A program made the position numbers and the translations under genes. This document shows, piece by piece, positions 52,386 through 64,000 of a stretch of 64,000 nt of DNA. Position 1 is the first letter of the stretch. The number at the start of each line of letters is the position of its first letter. A model generated the notes under the pieces. That model searched no databases and was not told where the DNA came from. It worked only from the letters and a program-made list of their open reading frames with translations. This DNA comes from Ramazzottius varieornatus (lineage: Eukaryota > Animalia > Tardigrada): NCBI GenBank assembly GCA_001949185.1, contig BDGG01000003.1, forward strand, positions 1,462,725 to 1,526,724, read 5' to 3'.

Positions 52386-53410
52386 AAATCTAGAAAAAAC
52401 TGTACCCGGCAGACGTCATTTTAACTAGCAAACGGCTTCTAGACGGTGAAAGTATAATAGGGCTAACTAACGTCATGCACGAGTCACCCGAGCAAACAGT
52501 CTCTTGGAATAGAACGAGAATCTAACCGGCTGGTTAGATTCTCAGGTCGACCTGAGCTGCTGAAAAATATGACTGACTTTCCGAGTCCTGAGGACCCCCG
52601 AGTACAGTATTCAGGATCGTCAGTCCTTGAGGTTGCGCCAAGTTCGGATCGAGGGACGTGGGCACAAACCGCGTACCTACGACGAACAGTGCAAAATACC
52701 GAACGAGGAGAAATCGGAGCGAAATGACGTTCGGGTTTTCGGCGATAACAGAAGACAGGCTGACGAGACTACCATATTTCTGGTATCTCTACGTGTACGT
52801 ACGACTATTCGTAGTGACTTCGTACCACGTCCCCTCTGGTCTTTCCCGTCGCAGTGCCGATCAATACATGGATTCAATACCACCGCCGTGCAGGGAATAT
52901 AATGTTCCCGGAAGCAGCCGCCAAGACAAGGTTCCTTGATCTTTAATTCATTGAGGACTCTCCTACAGACTGAAATCATGAAAGTTGATGTTCGGAGGCT
53001 GAGGGAAGCAAGGTCTGTTGACATTAAAATCTGATGAAGATCCGCATATTAGGTGACGCAGATGCCCTCGATCGCACCTTTATCGACCTGTCATCTGCTT
53101 CCGGGTTGCAAGACGAGCGATTGGATTCGCGTGGGAGTTTCCGTGGCATGTATTAATACATGAAGCTCGCTGGATTTTTCCTACTTTTTGCCGCCAGATG
53201 TCGTTCTCTTTTATCAAAACTGGAGACTTTGACTATAATTGCTATTTCAGAAAAACTTCGGAGAACGGGAGCGAATCAGTTTATTTCACCTTGTTTGGGT
53301 ACCTCGGGCACTTTGAGCTCCGTAGTCCATAAATGTTTGAGGTCCCTGCGGTCCTTTCGTTACAGAAAGAACGATCTACCGAATACTAGGAAGGATTATC
53401 AACGCCACAC

Positions 53411-53642
53411 CAGTGTTATTTTACTATGCTATTAAAATTATTAAAAGTCACGTGCTAATGTTAAGTCTACGTGGTCAGCTGACTGTAAGTAAAATCAGTT
53501 ATCGCTGACGAATTTCAATCATTAAAATTAAAATTCGATTTCCTATTATGGATCAACCAATCAATCGAACACCAACCCGCACAATTAAAACGATTTTAAT
53601 TATCAAAATCGATTTCCTGTTATAATGATTAAAACAACACTG
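53411..53642. mobile_element. hAT MITE family E, second copy
   Basis: Homologous to 32227-32458; TSD CGCCACAC/CGCCGCAC. Confidence 0.88.
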
Positions 53643-53814
53643 CGCCGCACTACCGTGTTGAGCACAATATAGAGATTACGAGCTAAAGCGCACTAGCACA
53701 ATTCGATACGCGCAGGAACATCGTGACATCATATGTAAACATCGTGCGACTCTTTTAAGGGAAGGTTATCGTGTATTCTGGCCCTTCTGGTAAACAGTTA
53801 GATACGAGAGATAG

Positions 53815-54423
53815 TAGTGCTGGCAAAAATACGATAAAATTCGATACGATATTTTTCGATACAATATCGAGGGATATTTTATCGCGCTCTTCGATATTCA
53901 TTCGATATCGATATTTCGATACGATACTTTTTTTACCGTATTTTTGATATGTCGTATCATATCGCAGAGATATATCGATATTTCGGGAATTTAGTTTTTC
54001 GGAATTCCACTGGTTCAAGCCCAAAAACTCAAGAAGCCGGTTTCCACATAAAGTATTAGTAAGATCGAAAGCGTCGAATGTAGCAAAGACATGATTATAC
54101 CAAGACTTCAAACACATGGCAACCTGGACAGAATTAGTATCAGAACCGAATGGGCGGAGTGTGCTCGTTACACCATGGCCAAAATCAAGCTTTGAAATCA
54201 GCCATGGTCTTCCGTAGACGAGATATCACTGGCGAGTTTGCCATTCAGCAAAATATCGATATATCGAAAATATATCGATATGGCGCGATACGATATCGCC
54301 GAATATTTTATTGCATTATTCGATACAAGTTTTATATCGATATTTTCGATACGATATCTGCCGCATATTTTATCGCAGATTCGATATATTTCGATACGAT
54401 ATCGGTATACCGTATCGTTGCCA
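53815..54423. mobile_element. hAT MITE family B, third copy with clipped right TIR
   Basis: Starts TAGTGCTGGCAAAAATACG; colinear with 21935-22564. Confidence 0.88.
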
Positions 54424-56546
54424 TTCCGTATGTTAGAGTAATGGTCATACTACAATTTACTGGTGCACGCAACGCACAAAGAGGCTGACGTGCGCTGCTG
54501 TGGACTCACGAACGCGATTTTGGTTTTGCAGCGTTCTACCTTGACTCGTGCGTTTGGTCAAGAGCCAACTAGTACTAAAGTTGTCCACCACAACCTCGCC
54601 TACACATTGATAGTTTTTTCCAAATGGCGACCTGCAACGTTGACCGAGCAATTCTAAAAAAATGGCAGAGCAACTCACTTTGGAGGCCGATTTCTCAAGA
54701 ACCGCAGACGGTCGCGGTCTCCAAACTAACACTTTGTAAACACAACTGTGTTCGCTCGATAAAGTGTTTTTGATAACTTTTCTGATCACTCGTCTAGTAT
54801 TGGTCAAATTTTAGTTGTGATCGGGTCGACTGTTCAGTGTGACGCTTCAAAGTTTGTTTACTCTACGAGGCAGTGAGACAGAGGCTGGATCAGTAAACTT
54901 CCACCCTCTGCCTGCAGAGGATATTGCGCTGGTCGGTAGAGCCCTTGTCCGTTGGATATTGCACTGCCTATCTCTTCATTACACTCTCTGCAGTAAAAAT
55001 TGGCGCTTATACGGCGCCGAAAGCCAACGGCTAGAAAACCAGCATGCACAGGTCTAATGTACTCGGTCGCTCTGTCCGAAAGATAACAGAAAGGCTGCAT
55101 CCGGGTGAACCCACCTAGCTTCCTAATTTTATATCTTGAAAACTATAAAAGTTTTCAAGTCAATTTTGCTGGTTGGCATGTAGGGAACACATCGAACTAT
55201 ATCACTAGACGGTTTTGAATTTGCGGTTGTCGATCCTTTCTGGAAGAATAACCCTTCTTAACACAGAGCCTACGAGACGAACTTGTTCCTATGATGTCAC
55301 GATGTTCCTGTGCGTATCGAATTGTGTTAGTGCGGTTCCGCTCGCAATGTCTATAATACCTACTCAGTACGTCGGAACCAGGCTACCAAAGCCGGCAAAA
55401 TCAATAAAACGAGCGGACATCTTGAGTACCACACTGTACCAGCGTGACTTCAGTTCTCCATTACGTTGCAATTCGTCCGGCGCTGACGATTCGATACAAT
55501 GACGATGGTTCCTTCACGGCATTAAAAATGGGAGGAGAGTGCCTCTATTGTAATCGTATTGCTATCGTATGACGATACTTAGCCCAAGTATGATGGACTT
55601 TGATTGCTGATCGATCCTCTTCCAGAGCACCCACATGGTCAATCTTGGTACTAAAATGTAGGAAAGTCGTTCCTCTTCCATTTGATACCTTGGACTGCGT
55701 CTCAGCAATCCAAACTTAAATTTAGGCAGAGGGGGTGGAAAAAGATGAAATCAGCCATTTTAGCCATTCCGCAGCTAAAATCAAGGCGCTACAGGATGTG
55801 AAGTCACCCCTCACCCGGCGTACACCATTGCTTTCAGCGGCGGTGACGGAGCGACGCCTATCGTCTTTAAGTCGTTTCGCGATTGCCGAACACACACAGC
55901 TCGTTACCATGCGAAGACGATACGACTTCTATTGCAATTGTATCGTAATCGGGATCGTAACTGCAGGACAAATGCGTGGGGCGGCACCCTAACAGGTACT
56001 GTTGCCGCCGAGGGAGGCTGAAACGGAAAAAAACGGGAACTGGGATGATGGCAGCGCGTATCCCAAGTTCCCAACCATTGAATTACTCCCTGTCACTCAG
56101 AATGCAATGCTACAGCTCTATCTCTATCTTTTGTGACCTACTGTCGCTTCTCCTCAGTCACGTTCCATTCACAAGCTTATCTCCACTAATGTACTTTGCC
56201 CTTCACTGGGCAGAGTTCAGCAGAGGGGTCCAAACACAAGCTTACGAACAAAACCAGCTCCGCAACGACAGCTCGTGCCCGAAAATCCCATCTTAGACCA
56301 CCTGAAGTGGTTTGACATGGGATAACATGGGGTATCAAGTCGCATTCAAGGTTGTATTACCAAGCTCTGCGAGCTTACGTAATAGCCTCACACTGTATCG
56401 GCGGCAACAATACTCACTAATGAACGACGCATCACCTATCAATAAGTTAGTTTTCTAGCTGTTGGAACATATGACACACGAGAACAGAAACTAGGGTGCT
56501 TCTCTCCGCTACTTCAGCTACCATACCGGGTACACACGGAAGAGTA

Positions 56547-57052
56547 CTGTAAAATCTCGTTCAACTCGACGAAAGAAATGCCCTACCCGCGCATTCCTAC
56601 CCAGGATCGTGGATAGTATTTACGGAGAGAATGGAGTTGAAACCTGATTCCATGACGTATCTTGACGTCACAACATTCCTGTCAGACCAACGGCAGCCAT
56701 GTGTACCGTCGTACTTGACTTTAGTCGTAGTCACTTGTCTGCACAATGTGATTCGTTCTTGTCTTGCGTTCACAAGATCAGTTCCTTGGCATCATTTTGA
56801 ACCCAAGGAAGTGCAGATCTGACAGCGGACTGCAGAGTTATGTTCCTGCGAACGACGCGGGTGAAAACTGGATTTTTCGGTCGGTCTTCACCAGTCGACT
56901 TGAGTCAATCAAGGACCACTTCCTATTGGATGGTCATTTAATATGGGATCGGCTGATCGGTTTCCACGCTGTTCAGTAAATACTATCCACGATCCTGGGT
57001 AGAAATGCGCGGGTAGGGCATTTCTATCGTCGAGCTGAACAAGATTTTACAG
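56547..57052. mobile_element. TA MITE with ~77-bp TIRs
   Basis: CTGTAAAATCT...GGATCGTGGATAGTATTTAC inverted at both ends; TA flanks. Confidence 0.88.
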
Positions 57053-57054
57053 TA

Positions 57055-57658
57055 CGAGGGAGAGGTTATCGAGTGGGCCACATCATTTTGGGTTTATGGA
57101 GTGGGCCACCGCAAAAATAGCTGTGGTATAGGGTGGCACCACACACAATGCACTTGTTCAACTGGCGGTTCGAGCTACACCGCAGGTTTAGATTTGTGGT
57201 ATGTTGCTTACGGTCCAGCTTTGAACTGCAGCTTCAACCGTTAGCTGCTTTTGGGCTTCTGCAGCACTGACGAGCTTGGGAGACGACATGCTTGAGATGA
57301 ATGAGAGAATGTCCTCAGAAACGATTCCGTATGCTTGTTTTGTAAATTTGGCCCTGCTGTACAATTCAGTTTTGCTGAGTGAGTCACTCGGAAAGGCGAC
57401 AGCAGCGCCTCTTGTGGCCTCTCTACTATTTTATGCTCAGGCTTTTTAACATGGGATGCGATCATTTTCCAGATCGGGCATCTCATCTTGAGCATCTGAA
57501 TTTTGCTCTGCTAATGACCTGTGCACAAACATACAAAAAGATATTCTCTAGCGTTTCATCAGAAAACTTTACGGAAATAGTGGATAGTTAGCGAAAAAAC
57601 TGACTGGCCCACTCCATAACTCCAAAGTGGTGTGGCCCACTCGACAACCTCTCCCTCG
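57055..57658. mobile_element. Tc1/mariner-type MITE
   Basis: TA-CGAGGGAGAGGTT(A/G)TCGAGTGGGCCACA ~54-bp TIR; TA flanks. Confidence 0.88.
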
Positions 57659-57921
57659 TAAACTAGTTTCTATTCAAACTTGAAAACCGTTTCGAATATC
57701 GTTCGAGCACCAGGCTTCCTGATTAACACAGACACGATTTACGCACCGATGACCAAACTGCCAATTTTAGCCTTTCTTAGCAGGTCGCACGAGACAACTG
57801 CGTTATTTTCGATATTAGGCCGGATAAATCATCCGTCCATCGCTGCTTCGAGGCTCGACGCGAATACGCGATTACTTCTAAACTTTAAATAGTCTGAGTC
57901 TCGATTGTCAATAGTTGAAGT

Positions 57922-60900
57922 ATGCAGAATGAAGTTGGGAGCGATGGATGGGCCGAGGCACCGTCACATGGATCATCGTCCTCGCTGGAGTTCAGAAATC
58001 TCTGCCAGATCTTGGATCCGTCAGAAGCGAAGGCGCTCTTTTGGCACAGTACCATCGACAGAAAAGCTCGTACCGTTACGTTCTTCCAAGTCCAATGTCC
58101 ATCCACGAAGCCCCGCATCCCCAGATGCATCCGCCTCACCAAAGAGAGGACTGTATGGCACCGTGAAGTGCTGGAAGCCAGTGTATTCCTCAACGAGAAA
58201 CAGCAGCCCGCATCCTTCGTCCGGTCCATCCTTGGAAAAAGTTATGTGGACTCTGTAGAAGGCCTGACGGAGCTCCTGAAAGCCGTTGAAACTTCGGAGA
58301 TACCGGCGGGCAGTAAAGTGATTATCAGAAGCAGGGCGGAAGAAGTTAATGCCAGGTACGTATAGTGTATGTGGAACAAAACTACCGTGTGAACTATCGT
58401 ATCTCTTTGTGCGTTCCTGACGTCAGCTGGTCGTGGAGTTACTATTGGTCAGCGTGTTCTCCGCCAATCACGCACCTGACGTAATGCGTTGTCTAGCGTA
58501 ATTAGCTCTCGGGCTTTTTCTCTTACTGTAGGCTGGAAGCAAGTCGAACAGCGGAGAAGTTAAATGCCATCCTGAACAAAGCCAAATACCCACCGAGTTC
58601 TCCGCCAGCGTCGCAACCCTTAGCAGACGCAGACAAGAGAAATTTCCAACACAAAACGGGCTCTCGCAGAAGGAGAGAACTGGCTTGTGCGCAACAAGTG
58701 GATGATCCTGAGGTTCCTCCTCAAGTCGGCCCTCTTATTTCTCAAGCGCCTGCCCAAGTCAAAGTTTCTCCTTTACGTGATGGAACAAGCGAGAAACATG
58801 CCCCAGCCGACGAAGCAGCTCGTGCTGGACCTGACATTATCACGATAGATGCCAGTGATGATGATGAGGGAGTGCCACCGAGGAAGAAAACGGCTCAGCG
58901 ACCCGGAAATGCACGGGGAAATTTTCTCGATAACTTGATTACGCGCTGTTTGGACAACGATCCACCCGTACGCCCAGGTCCCACTTTGGTCTACATCATA
59001 CCGAAAAATGCGCCGAAGCCGGTCAGAGCATTGCCGATAAGCGGTAAGTTCGCGGCTGTTATCCATATCATATAAAACTTTAAAATTAACTTAAGAAAAT
59101 CTGTTTCCTTGCAGATTCGACGCAACAGAAGTTGCCAACACTGCTACCAAAAAGAAACGCGAACCCGCCTTCAGGTGCCTTCGATGGGTTGGGTGTTCCT
59201 GCGCAAGCGAACGTCTACATTCCTCTCGTCGTTCCACCTTCAGCCGGACAGCCCATCGGATTACGAACTGATAAGGTGACCAATGTCACCAGTTTCGTGC
59301 TACCTTCCCCACGGACACCGAGTACCTTTCCGAAGGTCCCTGCCGATGTCAGTCCGGGAGGGAGCAACACCACTGAAACACCTTCACGACTTAACGGAAC
59401 ACTGGAAGGCGCTACCATGAGTTCTTCAGCGACCGGCAGTACCGAAGCTAATCCGTCGCGGCTCGACCAGCTACGTAGTATACCCCCTCCTGCTGAACAT
59501 CTTCCGAGGTCGACCCTTTCCACGGCATCATCATTTCGGCTGGACCAGACACTGGATAGTCTTACGCCGAGCTTCTTAGTTCAAAATGAACCGAAGACGA
59601 GCAAGGTGCCCGTAGGAACGAGTATGAGTGTGTCCGCGAAAGACATCGTGGCGCAGATACCGTCGGTGCCGAAGGTTTCTGACAGTGACTGGGGTGTTGT
59701 CGACCTGATGGAAAAATACTATTGGGTCACTCCTGGGCCAGGCCAAGTACTCCTGGTCACAGGATCTCACATTTACATTTACGCATCGACCCTCGTGGAG
59801 CTCAAACACCAGTACGGCCCGCCGAAGGAACGGAAGGTGAACAAGTACGTCGACCACCTGGTCCAGCATCTGGTCGGTGGATGGGACAACGTTCTGAAAT
59901 ACCGGAAGAGACATGTTGGAGTCCTGTGCATAATGGGTGCCAAATTTATTGACTCAATAATCAGTATGCAGTCGCCTTACCACCTTTTCTGCAGTGCCAC
60001 AATCTGACCCATCATTGTTTTTCAGAACACGTGGAAGACGTATTCAAGACCGGAATTCACAAACCCAGACTTTTGAAATACCTGAACCAACGCATGAAGC
60101 TCTACGAACAAAGAAAGAAAGCGAAGAAAGCAAAATTGAAGGCGAAACGTGCCAAAAAGCCGAATGAAACTCCCAGTGAGAAACTAGTCGACGCGGTAGA
60201 GAACGAAGAGGATGAACACCAGCTTGGTCAGGAAACGGAAATTGCAGAGGACAAACAAGACGTGGATGTCGCAAAGAGAAGAAGTAACCGATACCGCTTG
60301 CCACAAAACGATCTTTCTCTGTCGTTATTCTTGCAGGCTTCAGTACCAATCAAGTGTTGTAGGGTTTTTGGAGAACTGTTACTGGACTACGCCAGGAGAT
60401 GGGAAAGTCCAGCTTTGTCCCGGTTACGACGTGTACGTTTACCAGCAGAGCCTCAAAGATTTCAGCGACCTCTACGGTCCCACACAAGTTCGGCGAGATA
60501 AACATTATGGATTGCGCTGGAGTAAGTATGCTGAATGTCTCCTTGTGCATCTCAGTGGCGGATGGGATAATGTTATCAACGACACCAGACCGTGTGCCGG
60601 CAGCAGGTCCCTGCTGGGTTCTGACGTGCACCACGCCGTTTCAGGTATAGTAAATGAGAGTCGTTTGTACAGGACAGTGTACATCTGTTTGAGCGTAACG
60701 TTAATGCTGGTTGTTTTCAGGACACATCAAAGAGCTTTTCGGCAACGAGGGCGATATAGAACACTTTGCAAAGAAAGTGGGCAAGGCATGGTTCGCTTCC
60801 GTGTCCCAAGGTAAGAAGCAAAGCAGCTCAAGACATGGGAGGAAAAACACCAAGAAGGCTGCCTCCGACCAACCTGCCGCAGAACCGACCGAAAACTTTT

Positions 60901-62177
60901 CCGGTAAATTGGTGAATTTTGTTCGAAATATCTCCAAGATCAAGGTGTCACCGTATCACCTTGCTGTTTGATAGTTTATTTGGATACCTGTTATTGGAAG
61001 ACGCGAGGAGAAGACAAGGTTCCCCTCCATCCAGGCTTTGAGATTTACATCTACCCCGCAATTCTTGATGAGCTTAAGAACCAGTACGGGCCCGGCACTC
61101 CCCATCCTGGACCTCATGTTTGGAGTAGATACGCTATTTACTTGTTCGTGCACCTCGTTGGCGGATGGGATAACCTGATGAAGTACAAGCGACACGGAGC
61201 GGGGGTGGGCAGGATGATGGATGACGACTTTTTTTACGCTATGCTTGGTAGGCCTATCGTTTCTTCTCAGCGTACGGCATGGTACCAAAAAACTTGCTAT
61301 CCTATCGTTTAGGGCATATGCGCGAGCTCTTCAAAATCAAGATGACAAAGCGAGAGCTTGTGACGAAGTTGGATCAAAGTCTGCAGGAATACCGTCAACA
61401 CCGATACAACCCTACGCCTACACCAAAGGCGGAAAACTATCCGGAAAGTGGAACAGACTCTGAGCTCGAAGATTCACCCGATCTTGAACGGGACATCAGA
61501 AAAGTTCAGAAAATTACACCGCCTCGATCAAAACTCACAACTGGTAAGAACTAGGTTCCCAAGTTAAATCTAATCCAGGACGTGTTAAAAAGTCTGTTTT
61601 TCTGGAGTTTCTCAAAAGACGTCGTCGACCTTGCGGGAAGGACGAGCAGTTGTACCAAAGATTATCAAACAAGCTCGCCGGTCTCGTGGGGAGCGGGGAG
61701 AAGGTTGGGACAAGTACTACTGGGCCACTTGGGCTGAAGGGAGGGTGCCTCTGTGCCCGAACTATGGGATATTCATCGACCAGAGAGTTCTCGAGGAGAT
61801 TGTCCAACAGTTCGGTCCCAAACAGCATGCCATGACGCAGTGGAGTAAGTATGCGTGCCGTCTTGTAGACCATCTCGTCGGTGGATGGAAGACGTACGTG
61901 AGGGACAGGCCAGCTGTCACGATAATTATTGACAAGGTCCTTGGGGAGGATTTCAGCGACGCGGTCATTGGTAAGTAGAGTTTTGAGGTGATCTTAAAGT
62001 GGGAAGTGCTACAAGGAAATTAATCATGGTAAATGTTTTTTAGAGCACGTAGAGCAGGTTTTCGAAGTCGAGATCGACAAAGGCCAGTTCATGGCGAGGA
62101 TGAATAGCAAATTATATCGCCTTCGAAACAAACTGCGGAAACAGTCGACGGATGATCCATCAATCTTCCCAATTTAG
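57922..62177 (+). CDS. Multi-exon protein: unrecognised N-terminal domain, Pro/Ser-rich linker, four tandem BEN-like domains
   Basis: Four repeats YW....G.V.L.PG..IY.Y...L.E....YGP....W.KYA..L..HL.GGW.N.......G..F..A..|.H..E.F...I....; basic NLS-like stretches; stop 62175-62177; BEN assignment by pattern only. Confidence 0.7.
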
Positions 62178-62299
62178 GTTTTTCGTTAACCTTTTATAAG
62201 AACGAAGTTGATTGTTGGTTTTCGACACTTACTGCTCGGTACTTTGAGCCCGTGACACTGTATTCGGGGCTTCGGCAAAATGAAACAACATCATCACAG

Positions 62300-62990
62300 A
62301 CGTACACAACCATATATTCCCATTCTGTCAATGTTGATTAATCCGCGGTGTCTTCCGAAAATGGCTGAGACGACTCTTCTACAACTTGCTTCAGTGGGTG
62401 TTCATGGTTGAACTTGTTATATGGCGCATTCAACCTCGTATAATACTCGGCAACATCTTGGGTGATCAGGTCCATCCAGTCTGTCTTTTAGATCCTTGAA
62501 TGTCGCACTGGCCGTTTCTGCGCTCAAGACCCAGCAGTCCCCCATCAGATCATACCTGGAAATACGTGACGATACGACACTCTTGCACTCAAAGGAATTT
62601 TGGCGCGATCGACAAGACTTACAGATCGGTCGAGCAGTATTCAGGTTCCGCCAAGCGCAGTCCTCTCTGCAAGATTTCCTGCACGAACGTGTCGACATTT
62701 TCTGCAATCTTTCGCTGTCCATAAGGAATCTTACCCAGCGAGAACATTTCCATAACAAGATCCCGTAGGACCAAACATCGCTACTCTCGTTGAAAGTCGA
62801 ACTGAGGAATGCGCTGGGCGACATCCATGGGATGGGCAGCGCAATGCGAACCAGAATGTTCCGCGCTGCCAGATCTCGGTGCACAGTGGGTCGAGAAGCC
62901 AACAATGGGTCGAGAATACCGCGAGCTACGTGGTACGCGAAGTTCATCAGGTCCTTCGTTGACAGTAGAGCTTGATCTCAGGTTTCAGCT
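62300..62990 (-). pseudogene. Receptor tyrosine kinase domain relic
   Basis: LMNFAYHVARG, VHRDLAARNILV, LPIPWM, SDVWSYGILLW, YDLMGDCW; DFG segment missing, frameshifts. Confidence 0.85.
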
Positions 62991-63324
62991 GCCAGCTCTC
63001 CGTACTGATCATTGCTTTCCTTCTCGCATGCCACTCTGTTGAGAGGCAAGAGGTGTCCGTCCTGATCAACGCGCTAGGACAGTCCATTCTTTGAGAAAAG
63101 ACTTGTCCGCGTCGGAGTTTTCTTGACTTCAGGGAATAAAGTTTTTACGTACGAGTACTCCTGTGCACGTGCACGTGCACGAACTACCTGGCAAAGAGCG
63201 GATACTGATTGGTTGATTTGCGATGGCTTATCGATAGCACAAAAGTCATTCCGTTACGTATAGCGCCGATCGTTTCGACTTTTCGTGGTCTTATTTCACA
63301 AGCTGCGATCGAGTATCTTGCATA

Positions 63325-64000
63325 ATGGACGGCGAACATGGAGTCGACGAGCACTGTGCTGAATCGGTTTACAGTTCGCCGTTATCGCTGGACTTCCGAC
63401 GGCTGTGCCTTATCTTGGATCCGACGGAATCAAAGACGCCATCCTCCTGGCACAACATCGTCGACAGAAAAGCCCGCACAGTCACATTCTTGCAAGCCGA
63501 TTTTGACCTTACTAAGCCATTCGTATCAAGGTGTGTTCGCCTTTCCTGTAACACATCTGCTGGTCATCATGAGATGCTGGAACCCATCGTACTTCTCGAC
63601 GACCAGGAGCAGCCGACCTCTTTTGTGCGTTCAATCTTGGGGAGAAGCCATATTGACTCTGTGGAGGAGCTGACTACGCTTCTCAAGGCTGTTGAGACTG
63701 TGGATGTGTTCTCAGGCACTGACGAAATAGTCAGGAACGCAGTGGACGACTTTGATGCCAGGTATGAACGCGCTGAACAGAATATCGTGTGTAGCGTTTC
63801 GTGGAAGTGTGACGTCAGTGTAGAGTACGCCTTGTCGTTCGGTTCTGTGGGTCAGTTTGACCGAAGTTGTGACGTCGTAGGATCCACTGTGCCGATTAAC
63901 GTGTGCTTGTCTCTAGTTGTAGGCTTCAGTTGGATCCTGCAGTGCGGAAGCTGTTTGCTGCTTTGGATAAAGACAAATACCCATCGAAGAATCCATCAAC
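63325..64000 (+). CDS. 5' part of a tandem paralogue of the 57922-62177 gene (runs off the window)
   Basis: MDGEHG...DFRRLCLILDPTES..WHNIVDRKARTVTF...SFVRSILGRSHIDSVEELTTLLKAVET; same first intron after GCCAG and homologous exon 2 (..KYP..); absent from ORF track because there is no stop before the window end. Confidence 0.8.
   Translation, partial: MDGEHGVDEHCAESVYSSPLSLDFRRLCLILDPTESKTPSSWHNIVDRKARTVTFLQADFDLTKPFVSRCVRLSCNTSAGHHEMLEPIVLLDDQEQPTSFVRSILGRSHIDSVEELTTLLKAVETVDVFSGTDEIVRNAVDDFDARYERAEQNIVCSVSWKCDVSVEYALSFGSVGQFDRSCDVVGSTVPINVCLSLVVGFSWILQCGSCLLLWIKTNTHRRIHQ

Overview
This is eukaryotic, intron-containing animal DNA: short GT-AG introns, dense genes, many DNA transposons, and two N-gaps (2788-2837, 45328-45772). 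Gene content (a secreted catalase-fold protein resembling the tardigrade AMNP family, a gustatory-receptor-like gene, compact introns) suggests a tardigrade such as Ramazzottius; this is an inference. Host genes: Exo1 (+); two tandem astacin-like genes (-) that both lack the canonical zinc/catalytic motif, one with a ~780-aa Ser/Thr mucin tail; an AMNP-like gene (+); a GR-like receptor (-); two related Pro-rich/coiled-coil genes (-), one ending in an SP-RING (MIZ) finger with an in-frame stop; a nuclear receptor with a broken DNA-binding domain (-); a tyrosine kinase relic; and a three-member family sharing an unrecognised ~100-aa N-terminal domain, whose complete member has four BEN-like repeats with identical intron positions. 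Mobile DNA: a full-length decayed hAT element with 8-bp TSD and a cognate MITE, a full-length two-gene PIF/Harbinger-superfamily element with an ACT TSD, a CRE-like RT-RLE non-LTR retrotransposon, a LINE ORF1 fragment, and many nested MITEs. The strongest novelty candidates are the BEN-repeat family and the pseudo-astacin pair. All gene models were read by eye; no database searches were run.
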